This document shows positions 26,698 to 40,036 of a DNA stretch of 42,345 nucleotides, one piece after another. The stretch lies in assembly GCA_964514975.1 (NCBI GenBank), contig CAZESS010000020.1, positions 1 to 42,345 of the forward strand. Direction: 5' to 3'. Origin of the DNA: an uncultured Thermoplasmatales archaeon (GTDB lineage: Archaea > Thermoplasmatota > E2 > UBA202 > DSCA01). The notes beneath the pieces were generated by a model. The model did no database searches, was not told the DNA's origin, and saw only the letters and a program-made list of their open reading frames with translations. Position 1 is the first letter of the stretch, and each line of letters opens with the position of its first letter. The translations under genes and the position numbers were made by a program.

Positions 26698-26760
26698 GGC
26701 CGGAATGTGTCACTCGACAGCAAGGTTTTTGAATGTCCGCGTATTTAGGAGGTGAGATAT

Positions 26761-27084
26761 ATGGCATATGAAAGCGATGCGCAGTCGGATAACAGTCTCT
26801 CGGAGCGCCTGCAAACGGAGCTCGAGCTGCTGGAGCGCCACATCCAGATGCTGCAGGTCATCCGCGACGAGGGCCCCGTGGGCATCATCAAGCTCTCGGA
26901 GTTCACCGGGTTCCCGCAGCACAAGGTCAGGTACTCGTTGCGCGTGCTTGAGGGAGAGGGACTGATACGCCCCTCGCCGCGGGGTGCCACCATCACGGAC
27001 CGGGCGCCGGAGTTCATCATAGATTTCAAGGATTTGCTGGGGGAGATGGAGGACAAAATACGGGCGCTGCATCAAACGCTGTAA
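26761..27084 (+). CDS. Winged helix-turn-helix protein
   Basis: L.RH..ML..I..EGPVGIIKLS...G.P.HKVRYSLRVLE.EGLI.PS..GA; GGAGGTGA SD. Confidence 0.85.
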   Translation: MAYESDAQSDNSLSERLQTELELLERHIQMLQVIRDEGPVGIIKLSEFTGFPQHKVRYSLRVLEGEGLIRPSPRGATITDRAPEFIIDFKDLLGEMEDKIRALHQTL

Positions 27085-27086
27085 CC

Positions 27087-27160
27087 GCCGCGGTAGCTCA
27101 GTTTGGGAGAGCGCCAGACTGAAGATCTGGGTGTCGAGGGTTCAAGTCCCTCCCGCGGCA
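27087..27160 (+). tRNA. tRNA-Phe (GAA), intronless, CCA not encoded
   Basis: Acceptor stem GCCGCGG/CCGCGGC plus discriminator A; D arm GCTC..GAGC; anticodon arm CCAGA-CTGAAGA-TCTGG (GAA at 27121-27123); T arm GAGGG-TTCAAGT-CCCTC. Confidence 0.97.
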
Positions 27161-27175
27161 TTTTCTGCTCTGACC

Positions 27176-27859
27176 ATGAAACGAACCGACGTGGTTTCGA
27201 TGCTGTCCCTTGCGGATTCGTTCACCATCGTCAACGGCGTGTTGGGTCTTTTTGCCATGTTCCTGCTGCTGTCCGGTGACATGCGCTGGGCCTTCATTTT
27301 TATCATGCTGGCGGTGCTGGCCGACGGCCTGGACGGGGCGGTGGCCCGCCGCCTTGGCGGCTCCATCGGCGTGTATCTCGACCAGTTTGCGGACATGGTG
27401 TCGTTCTGTGCTGCGCCGCTGGTATTTGCCTATTACGCCTACGATGTCTCCTTTGTGCTGTCGGTGGAGCATGTGGCGTTTCTGGCCGGCGCCGGCCTTT
27501 TTTTGGTGTGCGGCATGCTGCATCTCGTCCGCTACCATGTGGGCGACGAGCCCTTCTTTGTAGGTATTACCACGCCGGCAGCGGCCATCGTGGTGGTGGC
27601 GCTGAGCCAGCTCATGGTGCCGATGTGGGGTGTTGCCGTGGCCATGTATATCATGGCGGTGCTCATGGTCGTCGGGGTGCCGTTTCCCCGGATACGGGGA
27701 TGGCTGTATCCGCCGTCGGTCGCGCTGCTTTTCCTCGCCGTGTTTTTTGGTACAATGGAGACATATCTGCTGCTCCTGGCAGGCGTTGTCCTGTACGCTG
27801 TTGCGGGGCCGCTCTGTCTCCTCCGGGATGCACCTCCTGGGGGTGAGGGAAAGCTATAA
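27176..27859 (+). CDS. CDP-alcohol phosphatidyltransferase (archaetidylserine synthase/PssA-like)
   Basis: ADSFT..N, D-G-x-D-G-x-x-A-R...G..LD..ADMVSF..AP, F.G..TP; multi-TM. Confidence 0.88.
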   Translation: MKRTDVVSMLSLADSFTIVNGVLGLFAMFLLLSGDMRWAFIFIMLAVLADGLDGAVARRLGGSIGVYLDQFADMVSFCAAPLVFAYYAYDVSFVLSVEHVAFLAGAGLFLVCGMLHLVRYHVGDEPFFVGITTPAAAIVVVALSQLMVPMWGVAVAMYIMAVLMVVGVPFPRIRGWLYPPSVALLFLAVFFGTMETYLLLLAGVVLYAVAGPLCLLRDAPPGGEGKL

Positions 27860-29893
27860 ATGAATACAGCCGGCTGAACCCCGTGGTACGGTCTGCCCGT
27901 TTTATCCTGGCGTTCATGGTGCTTCTCGTCGCCGGCGTTGTTCCCGCGTTCTGCGACGCGGATGTTCCATCGCAGTCCGGCCTGACCGCGCACGTGAAGG
28001 AGACCTACATGGTCGATATGCGCGATGGCGTGTCGCTTGCAACCGATGTCTACCTCCAGTATGCCGGTTTTCCGTCGCATGGCTCCGTTCTCATGCGGAC
28101 GCCCTATGACAAGGACACCATCACCCTGTTCCATCCACGATGGCAGGCCGGGGAGAACGCCGACCGGGGATGGCCGACCGTGGTGCAGGACATGCGGGGC
28201 AAACATGCATCGGAGGACGATGACAGGGTGCTGTGGAAGGCCCATGTCGATGGCCCGGACACACTGCAGTGGATGGCCGACCAGGACTGGTCAAACGGCC
28301 GGGTGGCGACCATCGGACGCTCGGCGCTGGGCATCGCGCAGTATTTCATGGCGGGTGCCGCTCCACCTGAGCTGTCCTGCCAGTTTGTGTTGTATGCAAC
28401 GCCTGACCTGCACCGCGACGCATTTTTTCAGGGCGGACAGTTTCGGAAAAAACCGACTTTGCGCCTGATTTAACATGCCTGATGGAGGGATGGCTGGAGC
28501 TCATGGGAAGCACACACGTGCTGCCGGAGGCGCTGCATCACGAAAACTTTTCCCGGGCATTCTGGGGCAACGTGTCGCTCGAGAGAAAATGGGGGCCATC
28601 GACGTTCCCGCCATCCATCTGGGCGGCTGGTATGACGTCTTCCTGCAGGGCACCATCGACGCCTTCACGGGCTACAACGACAGGGGAGCCGAGGGTGCTC
28701 GCGGCGCCTCCAAACTCATCGTTTATGGCCCATGGGCGCACGCCCGTGAGCTCCAGGTGCAGCAGGGCGAGATCACCTATCCGGCCAACGCGCTGGACAC
28801 GTTTTCCCTGGACATGTTCAGGGACATGATAGCGCAGTATACGGGTGACGGCCCCGACCGCTTTGACCGCTGGCCGACCGTCTCATATTACGTGATGGGG
28901 GACGTCGACAACGCCAGTGCTCCCGGCAACGAGTGGCGCTGCTCCGACGTCTGGCCGGTGCCCGCGGAGGAGACATCCCTGTTTCTGCACGAAAACGGCT
29001 CTCTGCTCGCGTCCCTGCCGGGCAGCAATGGAAGCCTGACCTATCACTATGATCCCGCGGACCCGGTGCCCACGGTGGGCGGCCAGAACCTGGCGCTCGT
29101 GCAGGATGCTGGTCCCTACGACCAGCGCCCCGTGGAGAACCGCAGCGACGTCCTCGTCTTTACGTCGCCGTCGCTGGAGGAGCCGCTGGAGGCGACGGGT
29201 CCGGTGAGCGCCCGGCTTCATGTTTCCTCTGACTGTGTTGACACCGATGTTACGGTGAAGCTGACGGACGTGTATCCCGACGGTCGGTCGATGCTCATCA
29301 CCGATGGCATCCTGCGGATGCGCAATCGGGACAGCCGGGAGCGATGGGGCATGATGCAGCCCGGCGAGACCTATGAGGTGACCGTGAACCTGGGCAGCAC
29401 CTCCTACATCTGGGGTGAGGGGCATCGCATACGCCTCGCCGTGTCGTCGTCCAACTATCCCCGGTTTCTTGCCAATCCGAACACCGGCGACGCTATCGCT
29501 CAGAACACGTCATACCGGATTGCGGGCAACACCGTCTATCTCGGACCGGCGCAGCCTTCGCGGCTCGTGCTCCCCGTCGTAGAGCAGCCACTGCTGGAGA
29601 CACCCCGTCAGGGCTATCTATATATCGGCGGGTGGGGGATAGCCCCGATTCCGACCAAGCTGTCGGTCATCCTGGGAAAAATGCCGGTGGAGGCGAACCC
29701 CGATGCAGCCTATGGCATCAACCATATAGAGCTCTACGTCAACGATGTTTTGCAGGCCGTCGATGACGAGGCACCCTTTCGATGGACGTGGGATGAGTCG
29801 GCCTGGGGAAGGCACGAGGTTAAAATCGTCGCATACAACATGCTGGGGACGACACGCTGCGGCACCCGGACGGTCTGGATGGCGAACCTCTAG
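27860..29893 (+). pseudogene. Secreted CocE/NonD (S15-like) hydrolase with C-terminal Ig-like domain, split by single-base losses (pseudogene or sequencing error)
   Basis: MRDGVSLATDVY, RTPY, QDMRG, GRSALG (Ser), GGWYD (Asp), GPWAH (His), DP.DPVPT.GG, SSNYPRF. The frames join if one base is added at the A6 run (28447-28452) and at the G5 run (28591-28595), and probably at AA 27863-27864. Confidence 0.85.
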
Positions 29894-29896
29894 CAG

Positions 29897-31897
29897 TTAT
29901 CCCCAGTGGGAGTCCTGGAAAAAGGTGAGGTCGAGATGTCCCCAGTCGTCGAAGTCGCCTCTGCCATGTGAGCCGTCCGAGTAGTCGAGTATCTGCCAGG
30001 CATACTGGTAGCTCATGCAGCTCAGATACCGGGCATATGTTATCTGTCCTTCGATGAACGGCAGCGGAAACGGGATGAGGCTGCTCTCGTTGTCGATACC
30101 GTGGTACAGGTCATGGAAGAGGCCCAGCGTGTGGCCGAGCTCGTGCATGAACACCGTGGCATGGACGTGGTCGCGGAACACCGCCGGTATCTCCTCCCTG
30201 TAGTACCGCATGCTCAATGCGAAGGAGTCGGCCTCGTCCCATCCGATGAACACGAAGCCGGGCATGGTCTTGAAGAGCGTGTCGGAGAGGATAACGTAGT
30301 GGAACACGCCTTTCCGCCAGTAGCCGGGCTCTCCGTTGAGGAAATAGGTCCAGTAGAAGTCCACCAGCGTGGCATAGTTGACATATCCCTCGTGCCGGAT
30401 GACGTCGCTGCCGCCCATGCACCCGTCGTCGATGTGAAGCGTGATGTTATGCCGGGCAAACGCCTCAACCATCTGCTGCTTCTTTTTCTCGGTGAGACCG
30501 TAGGAGGCGTTCATTATGTCTATCTCTATAAAGAGGTCCTGCCTGAAGGGATGTGAGCCCCATCCGTCGGTGAGATATTCCTCGACGTTGGACAGCCCGT
30601 CGTTGTCGGGGTCGAGCTGGCTGTGGTTGTCCCATCCGTCGGGGTCGTAGCCGTATCGTTCCTCCCACCAGTCGGGGACGCCGTCGCCGTCCGTGTCCTT
30701 CCCGACCGTCGCCGTCGCCATGTCGGATGCCGTGTCCCCGGTATGCACGCTGTCGAGCGACCGCTCTGCCGCCCCGTGCATCATATGATTCTCGGGCTCC
30801 TGGAGCCAGGGATACGTGTGCACCCGGAAGATACTGCCGTGCACCTCGTCAACCGGCCCCAGCCGGCTGCCCCACCAGTTGTACCGGGCGTCGCATGACG
30901 AGTTGTCAGCGGCGAGCGTGGAGACATAGTTGCTATGGAAGTTGGCATGCGTGACCGTGATGTCCCCCGAGGCTATCAGGTAGACTGCCACGTCGTTGGC
31001 ATAGACATCTGAACCCGTGAGCGAGCACCAGGTGCTCTCGCTGAAGCGCACGGCTATCTTGTTGTCATGAACATGGCACCCGTCCATCGAGACATCGACG
31101 CATTCCTCGAAATGAACGCCGAAGCCGCTGTCATGGATGTGGCATTCGGTGACGCTGATATCGCTGGAATACTCGGCGTAGAGGTTGGCCTGGTTTTCGT
31201 TGTTGCTGGACAGCGTCGAACGCTGCACTGATACATCATGAGCCGCCCGAAGCATAACAGCCGTTCCGCACTGCTCGCTGAACAGGTCGCGTATGTGGAG
31301 ATGACCTGTATCATGTGCCCATATCCCGATGCCGTTTTTGTAAAAGGTGCAGCTGGCCACGGTCGCGTCATGGCATGAGAGCAGCGAGACACCCTTTGCG
31401 ACATGCGAAAACGTGCAGTTGTCGACCAGGATGCGGGAAGCATTGTCGGCGAGCAATCCCTGACGGGCCTCTGCAAAGACACAGTCGATGACGGAAAGGC
31501 CGGCGAAGCGCGTGGATACCAGTGCATCATCTGGGCCGCCGCCGCTGCTCCACACCGTGAGCGAGTGCAACCGGACGTCAGGGGCCAGCAACCGGAACGC
31601 GGTGCCGTGTCTCTGCGCGTCAACGATGACGTCGGTCGATGCCCCGATGAGAGCGACAGACGAGGTAACGGTGACATGCTCCCGGTAGGTTCCCTCATAG
31701 ATGAACACCCTGTCGCCGTCGCTGCTGTCGTCGACGGCGGCCTGAATGCTGCTGTAGTTCCCGGGGTCGCTGCCCCCCACATACAGTGTGGCGCCGTCCG
31801 CTGCCGTCTGGGAGGGGGAGGCGGCATGGCGGGCCGCAACCGAGACCAGTGGAACGGCCACCATCACGGCGATGAGGGCGGCGACGCTCTTTTTCAC
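29897..31897 (-). CDS. Secreted protein: NosD-type right-handed beta-helix, Ca-binding DxDxDG repeats and metzincin-type Zn-protease domain
   Basis: Signal peptide; YVGGS.PGNYSSIQAAVD; parallel beta-helix repeats; DTDGDGVPDWWE and DPDNDGLSNVEEY; HELGHTLGLFH; Met-turn SCMSY. Confidence 0.85.
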   Translation of the reverse strand: MKKSVAALIAVMVAVPLVSVAARHAASPSQTAADGATLYVGGSDPGNYSSIQAAVDDSSDGDRVFIYEGTYREHVTVTSSVALIGASTDVIVDAQRHGTAFRLLAPDVRLHSLTVWSSGGGPDDALVSTRFAGLSVIDCVFAEARQGLLADNASRILVDNCTFSHVAKGVSLLSCHDATVASCTFYKNGIGIWAHDTGHLHIRDLFSEQCGTAVMLRAAHDVSVQRSTLSSNNENQANLYAEYSSDISVTECHIHDSGFGVHFEECVDVSMDGCHVHDNKIAVRFSESTWCSLTGSDVYANDVAVYLIASGDITVTHANFHSNYVSTLAADNSSCDARYNWWGSRLGPVDEVHGSIFRVHTYPWLQEPENHMMHGAAERSLDSVHTGDTASDMATATVGKDTDGDGVPDWWEERYGYDPDGWDNHSQLDPDNDGLSNVEEYLTDGWGSHPFRQDLFIEIDIMNASYGLTEKKKQQMVEAFARHNITLHIDDGCMGGSDVIRHEGYVNYATLVDFYWTYFLNGEPGYWRKGVFHYVILSDTLFKTMPGFVFIGWDEADSFALSMRYYREEIPAVFRDHVHATVFMHELGHTLGLFHDLYHGIDNESSLIPFPLPFIEGQITYARYLSCMSYQYAWQILDYSDGSHGRGDFDDWGHLDLTFFQDSHWG

Positions 31898-31928
31898 GTG
31901 AACAACATCGGCAGCTCCATTAAATGTG

Positions 31929-33389
31929 TTACCGTCCGCCGAGCAGCCACCGGAGCAGCCTGTCCAGCCACGATGGCTCCCGCTCGGTAAAATGAGCCGT
32001 GATTGATATGTCCTCGTCCACTGTCACCCGGGTTGTTGCCGCGCTGCCAGAGATGTCGCCCGACCAGCGGCTGAACGTGTATCCACGGGCGGGATGGGCA
32101 TGCAGCATCATTTCATACCCTGCAGGATAGCTGCCGCCTTCCGGCGCGACTCGTCCGCCGTCCCGGGGCTGCACCTGGACATGGAGCGTGTAGCTCCCCT
32201 TGCCGACCACCGGGGTGAAACGTACTTTTATCACCCGGCCGGGGTTCCAGGCGCCCGCCAGCACCACGTCTCCCGCCGCGTCAACGGCGACGCCCTTCAG
32301 GTAGTCGTTGAAGTTTACCCCGGAGGTGTTCACCGGGCCGAGGAAACAATCCCGTATCTTTTCTCCCGACGCCGCGTCATACAGCGCCGCATAGTATTCA
32401 TTCTTTGAAACATGCATGCCCGACGCAATGATGGTGCCATCCGGCAGCACCTCGGTGCCATACAGGAAGCCGTTGGTGTCGTCCCGTCGTTCCCACTCGA
32501 TGCTCATGTCGGACGACACCCGCAGGAGATATGGCGCGATGTCCTCGACCCGGGATGCATCCGTGCTGCCGACGACATGGAAGGAGCCATCGGCACGGCG
32601 GGCGATACCGGCTGCCGTGACGTTCCGGCTCGACGGGACAAGGTAGCGCGTCCAGACCCCCAGGCGGCCGCTGAACGTCGCGATGACCGGGCGGATGTCG
32701 CTTTCGAGAAAATAGCCGGAGACGACCAGGGTTCCATCCCTGGCAAGAACGGCATCGTGAAACCACAGATACCGGCCTTTTTTCCGGGTGCGTGTCCACA
32801 GCACGCGGTCGTCCGCACCAGAGAGTTTCATCGTGAGCGCCTTCAGCGTCATCCCGTCTGGCTGCAGCAGCGACGAGCCAATGCCGCCCTGTCCGACCAG
32901 ATAGATGTCGCCGTCGCCATCGACCGCTATGCCCATGGCATGGTTGAGCGCCCGGCGCATATATTCCCGTGACCAGATAACGGTACCATCCGACCGGTAT
33001 TTTTGCACCGCGATGTAGATGCGGAGCGGATCCGTCCGGCAGAACGAGCCAGCGACAACGACGTTGTCGTCTGGGTCGACGGCGATATCCATGAAGGCGC
33101 CATATCGTTCCCCGCCTGGCAGCGCCGCTTCCCCGCCGGCGCTCGGGGTAACCCGGCGGTACGTCTGGAGGTCCAGCGGTCTGGGCAGCGCCGTGTCCGT
33201 CCATTCAAGGTTGCCGTCGGGGCTGTATTTGGCGACCACGCCGTGTTCCTCGTCGGGTGCTATCCCGCATGCATAGATGGCGCGCTGGCTGTCGACTGCA
33301 ACATTGCTGAAACCCTTCACCCCGGCGTGGTCGCGCTGCCACAGGATATCCTGCTGGTATTCCATGGATGGATTCGGGCTGCGCGCCAT
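31929..33389 (-). CDS. Beta-propeller (SBBP-like) protein with C-terminal InlB B-type repeat
   Basis: Repeated I/V-A-V-D-x-x-x-x-I/V-Y/V-x-x-G and KY..DG...W units, A.PA.GYTF..WSGD, and GGAGG SD before ATG 33389. Confidence 0.78.
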   Translation of the reverse strand: MARSPNPSMEYQQDILWQRDHAGVKGFSNVAVDSQRAIYACGIAPDEEHGVVAKYSPDGNLEWTDTALPRPLDLQTYRRVTPSAGGEAALPGGERYGAFMDIAVDPDDNVVVAGSFCRTDPLRIYIAVQKYRSDGTVIWSREYMRRALNHAMGIAVDGDGDIYLVGQGGIGSSLLQPDGMTLKALTMKLSGADDRVLWTRTRKKGRYLWFHDAVLARDGTLVVSGYFLESDIRPVIATFSGRLGVWTRYLVPSSRNVTAAGIARRADGSFHVVGSTDASRVEDIAPYLLRVSSDMSIEWERRDDTNGFLYGTEVLPDGTIIASGMHVSKNEYYAALYDAASGEKIRDCFLGPVNTSGVNFNDYLKGVAVDAAGDVVLAGAWNPGRVIKVRFTPVVGKGSYTLHVQVQPRDGGRVAPEGGSYPAGYEMMLHAHPARGYTFSRWSGDISGSAATTRVTVDEDISITAHFTEREPSWLDRLLRWLLGGR

Positions 33390-33467
33390 TGTCCTCCCCC
33401 GGATGAAACGGGTACGGGCATATAAAGATAGGTGCCCTCTGGGATGGAAAATTGCTCCTCTATGGTG

Positions 33468-33683
33468 TTATTCGCTTTCGGATACCAGTGTTACGTTGAC
33501 CGCCTTTGGCCCGCGCCGCCCGTTTTTGACCTCGAATGCCACGGTCTGCCCCTCGCTCAGCGGTATGCCCGATGCTGTCTCGGATGCGTGGACGAACACG
33601 TCGTCCTTCATGCCTTCGGCGTCGATGAACCCGTAGGAGGTCAGCCATTTTTTTACCGTTCCCTTTTTTTCGATGCCTGTCAT
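33468..33683 (-). CDS. Cold-shock domain protein, 71 aa
   Basis: GTVKKW..YGFI (RNP1), DVFVH (RNP2), L.EGQ.V.FEV..G.RGPKAVNV. It is the C-terminal part of track ORF 33468..34277. Confidence 0.9.
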   Translation of the reverse strand: MTGIEKKGTVKKWLTSYGFIDAEGMKDDVFVHASETASGIPLSEGQTVAFEVKNGRRGPKAVNVTLVSESE

Positions 33684-33860
33684 TGTGGGTCTCCGGTGGG
33701 CAATGCCCCCTCCTATATGTATCTTTGCCGACCTAAACAAATATATACCCGCCACGATATTAAATGAACGGCGTCTGGCACCACATGCCGTTGTTGCGGT
33801 AGCGTGTGCTATGGCAGAAATTAAACAACTTTTTAAAGCATCGCCGCATTCATACTGAGA

Positions 33861-34405
33861 ATGGGTATTACACCAAAAATTGGCATCACCGGGATGCCCC
33901 GCGTCGGCAAAACCGAGGGCCTCATCAGCGTGGTCAAGCGGCTCGAGGACGAATACACCTTCGGCGGCATGGTCACCGATGCCATCGAGGAGAAGGGAGA
34001 GCGCGTGGGCTTCAAGGTGATGGACTGGCAGACCAAGCAGGAGGGCGTGTTCGCCCATGTGGACCTCGACACGGTCTACCGGGTCGGCAAATACCGCATC
34101 GACCTCAAGGTGCTGGAAAAAATCGGTGTGCCTGCCATCGAGCGCGCCGTCACGGACGAGGACACCGACATCGTCATCATCGACGAGGTCGGCAAGATGG
34201 AGCTGGAAAGCGACAAGTTCCGCGATGCTGTCCGCAGTGCGCTCGAGGAGGACAAACCCCTGCTGCTGACCCTGCACAAAAAATCAAGGGATTCGCTGCT
34301 CCAGGACATCCGCAACATGGACGACGTCCGCATCCTCGAGATTACGCCTGTCAACCGGAACATTTTGCCCTACAAGATAGACCGGCTGCTGAAAGAAGGC
34401 ATGCA

Positions 34406-34409
<4 letters not shown>
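33861..34409 (+). CDS. Nucleoside-triphosphatase (THEP1/NTPase_1 family)
   Basis: ITGMPRVGKT, GGM.T, RVGF, RVGKY, IIDEVGKMEL.S..F, NR. Confidence 0.92.
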
Positions 34410-38936
<4,527 letters not shown>

Positions 38937-38981
38937 GGCAAACTTTATCTAATCCTCCCAAATTAATGTATCGGTAATACC

Positions 38982-39230
38982 ATGGATACAACCACTGAAG
39001 GATTCATCCTGGCGAACAAGTTCAGAAAAGCAATCTTCATCGAGGTCGCCACCGGCGAGGATTCCCCCCGGGTCATCGCGAAAAAACATCATCTCGTCCC
39101 GCAGATGGTCGAAAGCGCCGTCGAGGACCTCAAGGAAAAAGACATCCTCGCCGAGGAAGATGGCACGCTGTCGCTCACCGAGCACGGAGAAAAAGTTTTT
39201 GCTGATATGCGTGGCCGCGACGTGCTGTGA
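38982..39230 (+). CDS. Small winged helix-turn-helix protein
   Basis: IAKKHHL....VE.AV.DL.EK.IL...G..SLTE.G. Confidence 0.75.
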   Translation: MDTTTEGFILANKFRKAIFIEVATGEDSPRVIAKKHHLVPQMVESAVEDLKEKDILAEEDGTLSLTEHGEKVFADMRGRDVL

Positions 39231-39231
39231 C

Positions 39232-39624
39232 ATGCGGATAACGGGCACGGTCACCACCGGGCAGAGCATGGGCGGCAGCTACATCACCAGGCCTGGGTAC
39301 CGGCAGCAGTTCCGGCAGCATTTCGGCATGCAGCCATATCCCGGCACGCTCAACCTCAGGCTGCACGGCAAAAACATCAGCCATTTCAAAACACTGCGGG
39401 AACAACCGGGTGTCATGCTTTCCGGTTTTCATGAAAATGGCAGGCATTTTGGGGCCGTGACATGTCATCCCTGCACGGTCGAAAACCAGGTAAACGGGGT
39501 CGTTGTCATCCCCAAAAAAAGCAGCTATACACACGTGATGGAAATCATCGCCCGGGTCTGCCTCCGCGACACACTCGGGCTCCAGGATGGCGACAGGGTC
39601 GCCGTGACCATACCCGGTCGCTAG
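39232..39624 (+). CDS. ribK: CTP-dependent riboflavin kinase (archaeal DUF120 family)
   Basis: ITGTV.TG...G..Y, Y..QF...G..PYPGTLN, EII....LR..L.L.DGD.V. Start at ATG 39232. Confidence 0.85.
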   Translation: MRITGTVTTGQSMGGSYITRPGYRQQFRQHFGMQPYPGTLNLRLHGKNISHFKTLREQPGVMLSGFHENGRHFGAVTCHPCTVENQVNGVVVIPKKSSYTHVMEIIARVCLRDTLGLQDGDRVAVTIPGR

Positions 39625-39779
39625 CTCAGCACGACCGAGGAAAAAAACACGTACTCGAAGTCATAATATTCGCTGCTCTCCATGACCTTCTCATGGCCGC
39701 AGTAGGAGCACACCCAGCAGGTTTTCCGGCCGAAGGCGAACTGCCGCATTACTTTGCTGCATCGCGGGCATACATGCAT
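39621..39779 (-). CDS. Small zinc-ribbon protein
   Basis: MHVCPRC...WVCSYCGHEK; GGGAGG SD and TTTTATA upstream on the minus strand. Confidence 0.65.
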   Translation of the reverse strand: MHVCPRCSKVMRQFAFGRKTCWVCSYCGHEKVMESSEYYDFEYVFFSSVVLS

Positions 39780-39836
39780 GTTTCCTCCCCACGCCGCAAG
39801 CACGCTGCAGCTATATAAAACCAGATGATTTTTTCC

Positions 39837-39860
39837 AAAAAAGAAAAAAAAAGAAAACAG
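39837..39860 (-). terminator. U-rich terminator
   Basis: Minus strand TTTTCTTTTTTTTTCTTTTTT follows the stop at 39872. Confidence 0.6.
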
Positions 39861-39871
39861 GGGAAGAGCAC

Positions 39872-40036
39872 TCAGGTGTTGGCGGCCAGCAGATACACGC
39901 GCATGAGCGCCTGAAGCTGCATTTCCTTTCCCTCCAGCAGGACGGGGTCATCGATGTCGTCCTGCTGCCCGGAAATAATTGCGATGGAACGGATGAGCGA
40001 TTTTTTCAGCATGCCGCTGACCTTGACCTTCATCAT
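39872..40036 (-). CDS. Hypothetical 54-aa protein
   Basis: MMKVKVSGMLKKSLIRSIAIISG...; ATGA overlap with the DUF11 gene stop and a U-tract downstream. Confidence 0.55.
   Translation of the reverse strand: MMKVKVSGMLKKSLIRSIAIISGQQDDIDDPVLLEGKEMQLQALMRVYLLAANT

Noticed and set aside
27087-27160. tRNA-Phe as an integration site
   Set aside because: I saw no duplicate of its 3' end, no integrase and no composition shift nearby.
28441-28600. Programmed ribosomal frameshifting or an intron in the CocE gene
   Set aside because: Two or three separate shifts would be needed, the in-frame heptamer is non-canonical, and I found no bulge-helix-bulge. The same missing-base pattern recurs at 23626 and 23708.
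33764-33795. Hairpin AACGGC...GCCGTT between csp and the NTPase gene
   Set aside because: It is only a 6-bp stem in a divergent promoter gap, with no recognisable ncRNA motif; chance is plausible.
33806-34405. N-terminal extensions in track ORFs for Trm1 (33806), Pus10 (18810), the aminotransferase (37446), Csp (34277) and the ATPase (12597)
   Set aside because: The extensions overlap neighbouring real genes in other frames; conserved motifs begin at downstream ATGs.
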